DNA of 64,000 bases from Pseudomonadota bacterium (GTDB taxonomy: Bacteria; Pseudomonadota; Gammaproteobacteria; Xanthomonadales; Xanthomonadaceae), in contig JAEWZE010000048.1 of the NCBI GenBank assembly GCA_023395465.1, forward strand, positions 12,744 through 76,743. The letters run 5' to 3'. Both the position numbers and the translations under genes were made by a program. The notes beneath the pieces are model-generated. The model saw only the letters and a program-made list of their open reading frames with translations, searched no databases and was not told the origin of the DNA. This document shows, piece after piece, positions 1 through 9,111 of the stretch (positions are counted from its first letter, which is position 1; each line of letters starts with the position of its first letter).

Positions 1-258
1 CTGCGCGGAGAGCGCCTGAAGCTCGACACCCCGGACCTGTTCTCCGGTCGAGTCTGGACCGCGGCCGACGCCCTGAGCATCGGACTGGTCGACGGCGTCT
101 CCAGCCTGGAGCAGCTTCGCCGGTCCAAGCTGGGCGATGCGCCGATCCACGAGTACCCCGTCCGCGAGTCCTTCAACGACCGCCTGGGCCTGACCGCCCT
201 TGTCCAGACCTTCGCCACCAGCCTGGCCACGGGCCTGCGCCAGACCACGATGGAGTGA
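1..258 (+). CDS. S49/SppA-type serine peptidase, C-terminal fragment (5' end outside window)
   Basis: Open from base 1 to TGA 256-258. The segment FSGRVWTAADALSIGLVDGV resembles the C-terminal region of ClpP-class S49 peptidases (from memory). Confidence 0.5.
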   Translation: MRGERLKLDTPDLFSGRVWTAADALSIGLVDGVSSLEQLRRSKLGDAPIHEYPVRESFNDRLGLTALVQTFATSLATGLRQTTME

Positions 259-608
259 ACCAGATGTCTACCGCCAACCAGATGCCCTCCCCGCCGCCCG
301 GCTTCGACCTCAGCCCCGAGGAGTTGGACGCCTTCATGGACCAGGTGATGGCCGACGAATCCGTGCCGCGCGTGCTCGAGGAGATGACCCCAGAGCAGCT
401 CGAAGCCTTCGAGCAGGCCTGCCGGGTCATCGATCTCGACATCGAGCTTCGGTCCCTGCGCGAGCAGCTGGTCGAGCAGCAGTCCGAGTCGGTCGCCCAG
501 CGCGTGACCATCGCGATGCTCCGCCGCCAGCTCACCGACGAGCAGCTGCGCAACGCCGGCCTTGAGGCCTTCCTTCGCGTCCTGCCCCCGCTGCCCAACC
601 CGGACTGA
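255..608 (+). CDS. Hypothetical acidic protein
   Basis: GTG 255 overlaps the upstream stop (GTGA); an alternative ATG is at 264. Its composition is not that of a high-GC shadow ORF. Confidence 0.5.
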   Translation: MNQMSTANQMPSPPPGFDLSPEELDAFMDQVMADESVPRVLEEMTPEQLEAFEQACRVIDLDIELRSLREQLVEQQSESVAQRVTIAMLRRQLTDEQLRNAGLEAFLRVLPPLPNPD

Positions 609-611
609 CCC

Positions 612-1208
612 ATGCGCCGCCGCCCTGCCCGCTGGAGCGATGCCCCCAACGCCAGTGACCTTGCCGCCCTCGTGCGTTGTGAGGCCGAGGCCGTGTGGGA
701 GCGCAACACCGGCGTGACCAACCAGAGCGGGACCCGCGCGATGCGCAGCCGGACGGGTGAGACCGTGCATGCCCGCGCCCAGGCCGAGATGGAGGCGTTC
801 CACAACTCGCGCCCGCGCCGCGCGGCTCCTCGCCCGCCCCAGTCCGTTGCGGTCGCTGCACCTCGCCCGGCTCCTGCTTCCCTCCCACTTCACCTCGAGG
901 GACGGCCTGCAGGTGCGCTGCCTGGCGCCGCGCCATCGCCGGGCGGGTTGCGATCCACCACGGACACTCGGGTCTCGGATCGCCGTTGCTTCGTGGCCAG
1001 CGCGGTCTATGGCCTGGACGACCCCCGCACCGATGCCCTGCGCGCCTTCCGCGATCGGAGCCTGATGCCGTCGACGGCCGGCCGCGCCCTGGTGTCTGCG
1101 TACTACCGCGCCTCGCCTTCGCTGGTGTCCGTGCTCGACCGCGTCCCTGCGCTGCGCTCACCCGCGCGCCTGGCCCTGGATCTGATCCGCGCACTCCTGC
1201 CTCGCTGA
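612..1208 (+). CDS. Hypothetical protein with a C-terminal CF[IV]A[ST]A-YG...LRxFRD...YY..SP motif domain
   Basis: The C-terminus CFVASAVYGLDDPRTDALRAFRDRSLMPSTAGRALVSAYYRASP matches a widespread C-terminal motif I recall from secreted or surface proteins. The N-terminal half is Pro/Ala/Arg-rich, so the start is uncertain. Confidence 0.45.
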   Translation: MRRRPARWSDAPNASDLAALVRCEAEAVWERNTGVTNQSGTRAMRSRTGETVHARAQAEMEAFHNSRPRRAAPRPPQSVAVAAPRPAPASLPLHLEGRPAGALPGAAPSPGGLRSTTDTRVSDRRCFVASAVYGLDDPRTDALRAFRDRSLMPSTAGRALVSAYYRASPSLVSVLDRVPALRSPARLALDLIRALLPR

Positions 1209-1285
1209 GGGTCTCGCCGGCGGCAGCGCCGACGCCTACGATCGTCGCAGGCGGTCTCGTGTTGCTGCGTCCGCAACGGGCACCG

Positions 1286-1413
1286 CTGTATCCCACGGAG
1301 TGCGGCGCTTTCACCGCTGCTCCCCCGGGAGTGCGGGATCGGCGCCGCTGTACCCGCATGAATGCGGCCCCTGTACCCCCATGAGTGCGGCGGCTGTACC
1401 CATGACCCTGCAT
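1286..1413 (+). repeat. Iteron-like array of 20-bp direct repeats (4 good copies plus 1 degenerate)
   Basis: Copies: CTGTATCCCACGGAGTGCGG 1286-1305; CTGCTCCCCCGGGAGTGCGG 1317-1336; CTGTACCCGCATGAATGCGG 1348-1367; CTGTACCCCCATGAGTGCGG 1371-1390; degenerate CTGTACCCATGACCCTGCAT 1394-1413. Start-to-start spacing is 31, 31, 23 and 23 nt. The array lies in the 270-bp gap before the gene at 1478. Confidence 0.75.
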
Positions 1414-1477
1414 TGGCTCCATCTTTCGGGCGGACCCGCGCCAGGCATCGTGGTCGTATCCCATCTGGAGCGATCGC

Positions 1478-2275
1478 ATGCCCTGCACCGTCACCTACCC
1501 CATCCGTGGCCGTTACATCTCCCGGCTTCTTCGGGGGGGCACCATCCTCGCCGGCGTGGTCCATTTCGAGCCGGACGTGCGGATCCGCGAGGGCGCGGCC
1601 CGGCTGCTGGTCCTGCGCGACGACGTGTTCGCTCTCGGCGCCCACGATCTGGATGACGGCGTGCCAGAGGGGGCGGGGTACGAGGGTGCCGGCCTTGGCC
1701 AGCTCGCGAGCTGTGCGGTGTGGCAGCGGCAGGGCGGCATCGGCATGTTCACCGTGCGATTCGTCTCCGCCTTCCCCGAGTCCAACGGCTGGTCCTTCGT
1801 GGCCGTCTCCCCCTTCCCTTTCGAGACGCGCCAGATGGACGCTGCCGGGCACGCGTGGTGGGACGCCCACGGCGGGGAGGTGGTGCCGTGCGTTGCCCCG
1901 ATCGATGCACGCGGCAAGGCCATCGGCCAGCTGCTCACCGATCACCCGATCTGGCCCGACGCCGGCGGCGCCCCGCACTCCGTTCCCCAGCTGGAGACGC
2001 GCTGGCGCGAGCCGATGCTGGAGGTGCAGCGCCTTTGCTCCCGTGTCGGCCGCGGTGAGCTGTCGCCGGCGGACTGCTCTGCCCTGCTGCGCGAGCGCCC
2101 TGAGCTGAAGGCCTGCGCCCCCGGCTCGATCGATCTGGACTACTGCCGCTTCTTGGCCACGGTGGAACGCGACTACGGCCTCGAGCTGATCGCCAGTCGT
2201 ACGGCTGAAGCCCACGCCTTGCGCGCCGCCCAGCTCAGCCAGGCCCTCGACGCTGCGCTCTTCCAGTCCGCCTGA
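1478..2275 (+). CDS. Hypothetical protein
   Basis: A 265-aa ORF with GGAG 7 nt upstream of the ATG and a balanced composition. I do not recognise a family. Confidence 0.55.
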   Translation: MPCTVTYPIRGRYISRLLRGGTILAGVVHFEPDVRIREGAARLLVLRDDVFALGAHDLDDGVPEGAGYEGAGLGQLASCAVWQRQGGIGMFTVRFVSAFPESNGWSFVAVSPFPFETRQMDAAGHAWWDAHGGEVVPCVAPIDARGKAIGQLLTDHPIWPDAGGAPHSVPQLETRWREPMLEVQRLCSRVGRGELSPADCSALLRERPELKACAPGSIDLDYCRFLATVERDYGLELIASRTAEAHALRAAQLSQALDAALFQSA

Positions 2276-2801
2276 CCGGACCCCAGCCTCACCACCCCGG
2301 GCCATACCGGACCGGGGCAGGCACCTTGCCGGGCCGAGGCCTGGCCGATCTCCCAGGAGAGCACCTGGCGCTGGCCAGCGACGCACGTGCCTTCGTCCGA
2401 AGCGGACCACGCTCTCCTTCTGCAACCTCAGCAGCTCCTCGACGTGGGCCAAGCTCACGCCGGCTAGGGCGCCAGCTCACGTCCCCCGCCTGCACCCCAA
2501 TTTCCCCGTCCAGTCCGGGCAGTGCGCATGCCCGCGCGCGTCGAGGACATCTCCCAGGACATCGCCTGGCATGCCTAGGACATCTGCCGGCGCCGACGGC
2601 TTCGCGGACGCACTGCCGGCTGCCTCGGATGGCCCAGTGACGCCGTCTGCTGCGTGCCGCAGCTCCTGGCACGCGCCTGGTGGCGCCTTTCCCTGGGCTG
2701 GTCGAGCCCTAGGCAGCCTGGCACTGAGCTGGGCCGCAAGCACTGCACCGTCCGCGTTCGACCCTGCGCCGCCAAGCTCACCGAGATCGCTGCTGCGGCC
2801 A

Positions 2802-2861
2802 GGCGCACCTGGCGCCCCTGGCGCACCTGGCGCCCCTGGCGCACCTGGCACCCCTGGTGCC
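2802..2861. repeat. 9-bp tandem repeat (GGCGCMCCT) x about 6.5
   Basis: The units GGCGCACCT/GGCGCCCCT alternate from 2802 to 2855, with a partial unit ending at 2861. The repeat reads (G-A-P)n on both strands because GGCGCC is palindromic. Confidence 0.8.
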
Positions 2862-2953
2862 GCGCGGGCCACTCGGTCGCCCAGCTTGGAGCCAGCACCG
2901 CTTCAGCTCGACATCCGGCCACCGTAAGGCGACATCGGGCCGCTGTGCTGTCC

Positions 2954-3190
2954 ATGCCGGACGGCTTTGCACCCGACCACGCCGGGCACTCGAGCTGCAG
3001 CCTGGTCGCGGCCTGGCGCCTGGTGCTCTGCCTGGTCACCGTCCTCGTGGATGCCGATCAACCACGCGCCACCGTCCAGTACGGTCTTCGCTACGTGGCT
3101 GACGCGATCTTCCGCGATGGCGGCGACGTGATGGCCCGCGCCGAAACCATGGTCACGTGCCGGCGGCTGGCCAGGGGCGGTTCGCTCTAG
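2954..3190 (+). CDS. Hypothetical small protein (weak call)
   Basis: The ATG at 2954 lies inside the longer track ORF 2654-3190. Only this distal part has GC3-rich codons and a plausible composition. Confidence 0.3.
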   Translation: MPDGFAPDHAGHSSCSLVAAWRLVLCLVTVLVDADQPRATVQYGLRYVADAIFRDGGDVMARAETMVTCRRLARGGSL

Positions 3191-3252
3191 CCCCTCCGTT
3201 CCCGGCGCGGCTGACCCACGCCATCCGCTGTGGCGGGCGGTAGGCTGGCGCC

Positions 3253-3603
3253 ATGACCCTCCCTGCCCCGCGACGTTCCACGGACCTCTTGCCGCCTGCC
3301 TACTGGTGGACGCCGGGCGAGAACTCGTTGCTGCTCTACCGCCGCTATGGCTGGGTCGCCACAGTGACGCCTGAGCGCGTGCGCATCGCTGCCGAACCAC
3401 CGCTTTACCAGGAGGCCTACTGCCCATGCCGGAGCCTGGAGCAGGGCCGTCGCTACGCGGAGAAGATCCTGGCGGTGCGCCATTGCTTCGGCAGCCCTGC
3501 GCGGGCGGCCTTCCGCGAGCGGCTGCGCACGGAGCGGGCGCGGCGCCTGCGGCCGCTTGAACCGGCTGCCCCTGATGAAGGGGACGAGATGCGGCTGCCC
3601 TGA
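3253..3603 (+). CDS. Hypothetical protein
   Basis: A 116-aa ORF with a plausible composition. Confidence 0.5.
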   Translation: MTLPAPRRSTDLLPPAYWWTPGENSLLLYRRYGWVATVTPERVRIAAEPPLYQEAYCPCRSLEQGRRYAEKILAVRHCFGSPARAAFRERLRTERARRLRPLEPAAPDEGDEMRLP

Positions 3604-3788
3604 AGGTGAAGGTGCCAGCGGCGCCCCCATTGGGGGCGCACCGCACTGTCGGAGCTTCCCTGGTCGCGTCGGCCCCTGTGCGTCGCTGGCAAAGCGAGTA
3701 TGCCCCGCGGCAGCTTGCCATGCCGACCCGTTCGTCACCCATCGGCTGCTGTGCGATCCTGCACCTTCCCATCCACACCGGCACCCGC

Positions 3789-4727
3789 ATGACCTACACC
3801 CGGAGCCCGTGTCCCGAGCTGCTCGGCGTCTCGTTCGGGCGCGTCCTGCTGGACATCGAATGCGTGTTCGTGACCTTGCACACTCGAACCTGGGACGAGG
3901 CCGGCACGACCTCGACGCGGCAGACCCAGCTGCCCATCCTCGTTGACCTGGACATGCTGTGGGAGCTGCACGACGTCTTGCCCGCATATTGCTGGGAGCT
4001 GGATCCGAGCTACGACTTCAAGGATGTGGACGGCCCCGTGCCCAGGTGGGACGCGGGCGAGGAGCCGACTCCGGAGGGTGGCTTCCTGTTCTGCACCAGC
4101 CTCTCCCTTGACAACCCGACGAGCCCCTTCGGGGCGCTGGTGCTTAGGGGCGCTAGCACGAACCTTGGCGACATGGAGTTCCTGCTGGTGTGTGACTTGT
4201 CGCACCGGGTGGCGCTCGAACTCCGCCAGGCGATCGCGTTGCTCATTGAGGCGGTTGGGAGGGAACCCTCCGAACAGTCCGACGAGGACGAGGACGAGGA
4301 GGAGGAAGGAGAACTGCCGCCCCACCTGGCCGCCGAGATCGCGCCCTTGGTCGAACAGCTGGGGCAGGAAGTCTTCGCGGCCTTCGACCGGCTGCTTCAG
4401 TCGAGGGTCGAGGAGGCCATGACCCGGCTGTCCGATGACGAGGCTGCGGCGGCTGCGGCCGTCACCGACCAGGTGGCCCCGCTGATGGGCCGGACCTTCG
4501 GCATGCAGGTCGAACTGCAGCGCCTGGCCCCCGAAGTCGCCTGCGCCCAGGTGCGCATCGTGACGGGCAAGGTGGGTTCTCCAGGCGACCCGCCTGGGGC
4601 GATCGACCTCCTGCTGCCGTTGCCCATCGTGGAGCAGCTCGCCGAGCTGATGCCCTCAACCGCCAAGCGCCTGCGTGAGCTGGACCTGCGCAATGACGAA
4701 GCAGAGGGCAAGGCGACTCGGCACTAA
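3789..4727 (+). CDS. Hypothetical protein with an acidic linker; paralogue of 4835-5620
   Basis: ATG 3789 (MTYTRS) lies within track ORF 3606-4727. Its C-terminus ...IVEQLAELMPSTAKRLRELDLRNDEAEGKATRH aligns with the C-terminus of the next gene. Confidence 0.55.
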   Translation: MTYTRSPCPELLGVSFGRVLLDIECVFVTLHTRTWDEAGTTSTRQTQLPILVDLDMLWELHDVLPAYCWELDPSYDFKDVDGPVPRWDAGEEPTPEGGFLFCTSLSLDNPTSPFGALVLRGASTNLGDMEFLLVCDLSHRVALELRQAIALLIEAVGREPSEQSDEDEDEEEEGELPPHLAAEIAPLVEQLGQEVFAAFDRLLQSRVEEAMTRLSDDEAAAAAAVTDQVAPLMGRTFGMQVELQRLAPEVACAQVRIVTGKVGSPGDPPGAIDLLLPLPIVEQLAELMPSTAKRLRELDLRNDEAEGKATRH

Positions 4728-4834
4728 GGGCAGCGCCCACAACGGACCGGGCAGTTGCCTGACATCCGCAGCAGGGTCCGACCTACAGCTTGGTGTGCGA
4801 TGCTTGCCGCCTCGACTGCGCGAAAGGAGCACAG

Positions 4835-5620
4835 ATGGCCGACGCCGATCAACCGAATGCGGAAGCGGTCGGTATCACGTTCGGCGGCTTCGATCCGAGT
4901 GGCGAGGGTGTAATGGCGGTCGTGCACGAGCGCACGCGGCTTCCCGACGGCACGTACGACCATGCCTCCCTGCCGCCCTTGCTGATTGGCGTGGCCGTGC
5001 TGCGCCAGCTGTACGAGCTGTTCCCGCAGTTGGGCGAGAAGCTCGAGCAGCGCGCCCACGTCGGCCAAGCCCTGCCGCCGCTGGCCGATCCGCTCCCACC
5101 CTCGGACTCTGGCCCGGCCTTCACTTTAACCGGTGCGCAGGCCTACTGCGCCGAGATTGGATTCACCCGCGCGCTCCAGGACATCGACGCAGTCGAGTTC
5201 GTGCTCGTGATCCGGCCCTTCGCGCCCAAGACGGCGGCGCCGCAGCCCCGTCACTTCGTTCTCCCGACCTGGGCAGTGTCCTCGCTGGAGCATGCCATTG
5301 GCCAGTTGCTGGAGCGCCACGCCTCGACTCGCTTCGGCCAAGGCCAGCCGGCCACCGCCCGGCCGGTTGCGCATTTCGATCAGCCGGTCGTCCAGCACAT
5401 TCGCGTGGACGAACTGGTCCCCGAGGTCGCGGGAGTGCGGGTTCAGTTCGACACCAAGGCTGCCGGCGCGCCTGCCGACAAGACCAGGCAGGTCGAGGTC
5501 GTGATCCCCTACGCGATCCTGGAGAGCTTCATGAAAGTCGCGCCGCAGATCCTCAAGGACCTCGAACCCCTGCGCCAAGCCCTCGAAGCTGACGGAAAGC
5601 AAGGGAAGACCAGGCACTGA
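4835..5620 (+). CDS. Hypothetical protein; paralogue of 3789-4727
   Basis: AAGGAG lies 6 nt upstream of ATG 4835. Its C-terminus is ...ILESFMKVAPQILKDLEPLRQALEADGKQGKTRH. Confidence 0.6.
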   Translation: MADADQPNAEAVGITFGGFDPSGEGVMAVVHERTRLPDGTYDHASLPPLLIGVAVLRQLYELFPQLGEKLEQRAHVGQALPPLADPLPPSDSGPAFTLTGAQAYCAEIGFTRALQDIDAVEFVLVIRPFAPKTAAPQPRHFVLPTWAVSSLEHAIGQLLERHASTRFGQGQPATARPVAHFDQPVVQHIRVDELVPEVAGVRVQFDTKAAGAPADKTRQVEVVIPYAILESFMKVAPQILKDLEPLRQALEADGKQGKTRH

Positions 5621-5708
5621 GGCCAGGGCGTCCAATCCGGACGCCGCTGCGCATCAGCGCCACCGCGCGACCCAGACCGCTTCCAGCAGACGTACCTGGA
5701 GTCCCTCA

Positions 5709-6125
5709 ATGACTGATCCGACGCGGTACTGGGCGCCCCGCAGCGTCCCCTCGAACTTGACCATGATCCTGGCCATCGACCGCGGACCGGGCGGCCCGGA
5801 TCGACGGGCGATTCCCCTTGAGTGGGAGTACCGCCTGGAGATGGCGGACAAGGTGGCCAAACTTTTCGCAGCAGCCGGCGACGACGCGCGCAACGCGCTG
5901 GAGATGTCTGCCGAGCACATGCCGGAGCTGTGGGCGATCCGCCAAGGGGAGCCGGAAGCATCGTGGCCCGCGGCCTTGATGCTCAGTGACGCGATGGTGC
6001 GCCTGCTCGGGCACATCGATTGGCAGCAGGAAGCCTCGGGCGACTTGCCCAACCCGGCATCGGCGCAGGAGATCAGGGACGAACTCGAGGAGCAGTCGTT
6101 GTGGCACCTGGTCGAGCACCTGTGA
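5709..6125 (+). CDS. Hypothetical protein
   Basis: A 138-aa ORF with a plausible composition. Confidence 0.5.
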   Translation: MTDPTRYWAPRSVPSNLTMILAIDRGPGGPDRRAIPLEWEYRLEMADKVAKLFAAAGDDARNALEMSAEHMPELWAIRQGEPEASWPAALMLSDAMVRLLGHIDWQQEASGDLPNPASAQEIRDELEEQSLWHLVEHL

Positions 6126-6189
6126 ACGTCCGCAACGGACGCCGTGCCACGGATGCGCACACGCGCAAGCAGGCGGGGCGTACGGGACG

Positions 6190-6222
6190 CTAATTTTGGC
6201 GGTGGGGCCAGCCGCCTAGAGT
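6190..6222 (+). promoter_or_regulatory. Recurrent promoter-like element (box plus -10-like hexamer)
   Basis: Box CTAATTTTG at 6190-6198 and hexamer TAGAGT at 6217-6222, 29 nt before ATG 6251. Confidence 0.4.
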
Positions 6223-6250
6223 TGAGGCAACTCAACGATCAGGCCTCGCC

Positions 6251-6637
6251 ATGCCTTCCCACGCCTCTGCTTCAGCCTCCGCCACGACGCATGCTCTGTA
6301 CCAGATGATCGAGCGACACGCTCCGGCGATCCTCGAGCGTGGGAGCCCGGACCACCGGAAGGACCAGGGCTGCGAGCCGCCCGCCGGGCTGGTGACCTAC
6401 ACCCCGGACCTTGGCGAGCACACCTGCCGGATTCGCCTGTTCATCTCCGCCGCCGACATGCAGCAGCGGATGCGCGATCACGACGAGCGCGGCAGCGAGG
6501 TGGTCGACGTGCCCACCGGGCTGCGGCTCCGGATCCAGCGCGCCAACTGCGGGGCTGGTTGCCGCTGCGCCGCGCGGGTGACGGCGATCGAGCCCGCGAG
6601 CGCCACCGGCACCGAGCCGTTCGTGGCGGCCGCCTGA
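6251..6637 (+). CDS. Hypothetical protein
   Basis: A 128-aa ORF downstream of the promoter-like box. Confidence 0.5.
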   Translation: MPSHASASASATTHALYQMIERHAPAILERGSPDHRKDQGCEPPAGLVTYTPDLGEHTCRIRLFISAADMQQRMRDHDERGSEVVDVPTGLRLRIQRANCGAGCRCAARVTAIEPASATGTEPFVAAA

Positions 6638-6660
6638 GCGCGCCTGCATCCTGTCCTTGC

Positions 6661-7107
6661 ATGATGGAGCCTACTGTGCCCGCGACCGCACCAGACGCCC
6701 GCCCGATCGACGCATGGGGCGCGGCCTATTACCGTGCCGATGGATCCTACGCAGGCCGGACCGACCTGTTCCTGCACGAGGATCGCGCCCGATCGATGGT
6801 GCAACGTTGCACCGACTTCCAGACCGCGCGCGTTCGCCTGGTGCGCTTCGTGGAAGCGCCGACCTGGCACCCGGCCAGCGAGCCGCCGGCCCCTGCGCGC
6901 CCCGCCGAGGCCTGGGAGATGGAGACCGAGAGCGCGCCTGTGCTGGTGGTGGTCGAACATAGCGATGGCACGCGCCGCCAACTGGTGGCCACCTGCCGCG
7001 TGGACGTGGAGGAGGAGCACCGCATCACCTGGCGCTCGTGCTGCGCCGATGCCTGGACCCTCGAGCGCGTGGTGGCGTGGCGCGAGCTCGACTGGCCCAC
7101 GATGTAG
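6661..7107 (+). CDS. Hypothetical protein
   Basis: ATG 6661 (MMEPTV) lies within track ORF 6559-7107. Confidence 0.5.
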   Translation: MMEPTVPATAPDARPIDAWGAAYYRADGSYAGRTDLFLHEDRARSMVQRCTDFQTARVRLVRFVEAPTWHPASEPPAPARPAEAWEMETESAPVLVVVEHSDGTRRQLVATCRVDVEEEHRITWRSCCADAWTLERVVAWRELDWPTM

Positions 7108-7284
7108 GCGCGTGCCGGCTCAAGAATGAACGGACTCGCGCCGATGTATTGACGACAGGACGCCGTGCGCCTGACTTTACGCACGGGGACGACACTATTG
7201 CGATCGCGTGCTCGCACCAGGCCGGTCTCCGCCTTGGACGGGCCCGCGAAACGCCTACACCCATTCAGGGATGCAGGGGGACAC

Positions 7285-8151
7285 ATGCCGCACAGCCAAG
7301 AAGATCTGAACCGCCTTGCCCAGTACGGCAACAGCCAGCAGGATTCACGCGCCGCGAGTACCAACATGGGTGGGGTGCTGTCCGGGCTTCCGGAACCGAT
7401 CAAGGCCCACATCGAAACCCAGGCGCGTGATCGCCGATTGCAAGGGGAAGCCCATGCCCGCCGCATGGCAGCGATCCCGGCCTCCGTGCATCGTCAGGTA
7501 GATCGCGAGATCCGCGACGACATGTGGCGGTTCTTCCGGAATTTCGTTCTGGCTCCGGTCGCCCTGTTTATCGGCATCATCTGGCTCGGCAAGCTGGGCA
7601 CACCCGATTACAGCCATATCGACCCGCTCGCCATCAGCAAGATCGAGCCCGACCCTGCACTGCATGCTCCGATGAATCCACGAGTCCAGGAACTGTCGCG
7701 GCTTTCGGTGGTGGAGATGGTGCGCAATAGTGGCGATCTCAGGGCCCTCAAGCGCGGTGAGACGCCGTCGCAGGAGCAGCTCGACTACGGCCAGGCCCTC
7801 TGGCTGAGTCACATCGCGAACCCGAACGCTTCGTTCCAGGCGGATGATGGAGTGAGGACGTTCGCATTCAGCCTGGTGGAGGGATACCTGACCCACCGCG
7901 CGATGGAGTCGGGGAACGATCAATTCTTCATCGAGCTGGGGAACGATGCCTACAGGCTTCACCCTGGCGCCATGCGGTCGAGTCTCAGGTGGCAGAAGCT
8001 CTCGCTCAGTCATCCAGACGTGCCCGTGCTGCATGCGATGGCAGACTTTTCCGGAGACTCGATAGAGGTCGAGTACGCCTTCTTTCGCGGCCTCTACTAC
8101 ATCCTGTCCTTCGTGGGCTTGGACGATAAGGCACGCAACTTCTTCGGCTAG
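7285..8151 (+). CDS. Hypothetical membrane-anchored protein (one TM segment)
   Basis: AGGGGGA precedes ATG 7285. The hydrophobic segment is FFRNFVLAPVALFIGIIWLG. GC is lower than in the flanks. Confidence 0.55.
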   Translation: MPHSQEDLNRLAQYGNSQQDSRAASTNMGGVLSGLPEPIKAHIETQARDRRLQGEAHARRMAAIPASVHRQVDREIRDDMWRFFRNFVLAPVALFIGIIWLGKLGTPDYSHIDPLAISKIEPDPALHAPMNPRVQELSRLSVVEMVRNSGDLRALKRGETPSQEQLDYGQALWLSHIANPNASFQADDGVRTFAFSLVEGYLTHRAMESGNDQFFIELGNDAYRLHPGAMRSSLRWQKLSLSHPDVPVLHAMADFSGDSIEVEYAFFRGLYYILSFVGLDDKARNFFG

Positions 8152-8159
8152 GAGCCGCT

Positions 8160-8417
8160 GTGCCCCAGGCGAGCGACCAATCCATACCTGACCTCCTGCA
8201 TCGCCTCGCTGCGATCGCGCGAGGCCATGAGCGCGAGCACGGCGCCCGGCACGCCGCTGCCCAGGAGGCGGAGGCCGCGGCCCAGCGGCTGGAATCGCTG
8301 GTGTCCGAGATGGAGTCTGCCGCGCGCACCCTTGAAGAGCTGGCAGGCGCCGGGCTGGCTGACAAGGGGCAGGTCAACCGCGTTCGAGCCGCCATCAACG
8401 CGGTCACGGGCAAGTAG
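8160..8417 (+). CDS. Hypothetical small coiled-coil protein
   Basis: GTG 8160 has AGGAG 5 nt upstream. The protein is Ala/Glu-rich and helical in character. Confidence 0.45.
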   Translation: MPQASDQSIPDLLHRLAAIARGHEREHGARHAAAQEAEAAAQRLESLVSEMESAARTLEELAGAGLADKGQVNRVRAAINAVTGK

Positions 8418-8482
8418 CAACACCCACCGGATCGCTTCTGGTCCGGAGGTCCAACGATCACAGCCCACAGGGGGGCCGCTAC

Positions 8483-9040
8483 ATGAAGAAGCTCTGCGCC
8501 ATTGCCATCGCCGCCGCTGTCGCGCTCGCCGCGCCCGCTTTCGCTCAGTCAGGCGATCCGGCGTGGCTGAAAGCCGAGACCCGCCTCAAGCTGAAGGCAG
8601 GGATGAGCCAGGCGCAGGTGGAGGAGATCCTCGGCAAGCCCGGCCGCGTGCGCCTGACCCGCCAGGCTGGAGCGTTCGGCACCGACTACGAGTACCGCAC
8701 GGCCGATGAGCGTCAGTGGCTGATCACCACGATCCTCAACGGCCAGCTCGTCCAGTATTCCGCCGCGCGGCTGACCAACCCGGACCATGACGGCGTGTAC
8801 GAAAGCTGCCAGCGTGCGGAAGCCTGGCGGCGGGTCCAGCCGAACATGACGCCCGAAGAGGTCGTGCAGGTCCTCGGCCAGCCCACCTCCAAGTCGATGG
8901 GCGGCGGCTACATGCCGACCGAGCACCTCAACGCATTCCTCTACGAGTTCAGCGAAGAGCCGGAGGATGGCGCCGGCGCCGTGATGTTCGGCGCCGATCG
9001 CGTCGTCGGCATCATGGAGCCGTTCTGCCCGCCGCGCTGA
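8483..9040 (+). CDS. Secreted protein with two SmpA/OmlA (BamE-like) repeats
   Basis: The Sec signal ends AFA-Q. The motif is duplicated: GMSQAQVEEILGKP and NMTPEEVVQVLGQP. Confidence 0.55.
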   Translation: MKKLCAIAIAAAVALAAPAFAQSGDPAWLKAETRLKLKAGMSQAQVEEILGKPGRVRLTRQAGAFGTDYEYRTADERQWLITTILNGQLVQYSAARLTNPDHDGVYESCQRAEAWRRVQPNMTPEEVVQVLGQPTSKSMGGGYMPTEHLNAFLYEFSEEPEDGAGAVMFGADRVVGIMEPFCPPR

Positions 9041-9111
9041 CCCCGCAACGCATCGATGATCGTCCGGCGCGCGGCGCCGCGGACTCCTCACGACTCGAAG
9101 AGGCACGGCAG

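Noticed and set aside
2802-2861. Possible CRISPR array or collagen-like gene at the 9-bp repeat.
   Set aside because: The units are contiguous with no spacers and are only 9 bp long. The (GAP)n run is about 7 triplets with no supported surrounding ORF on either strand.
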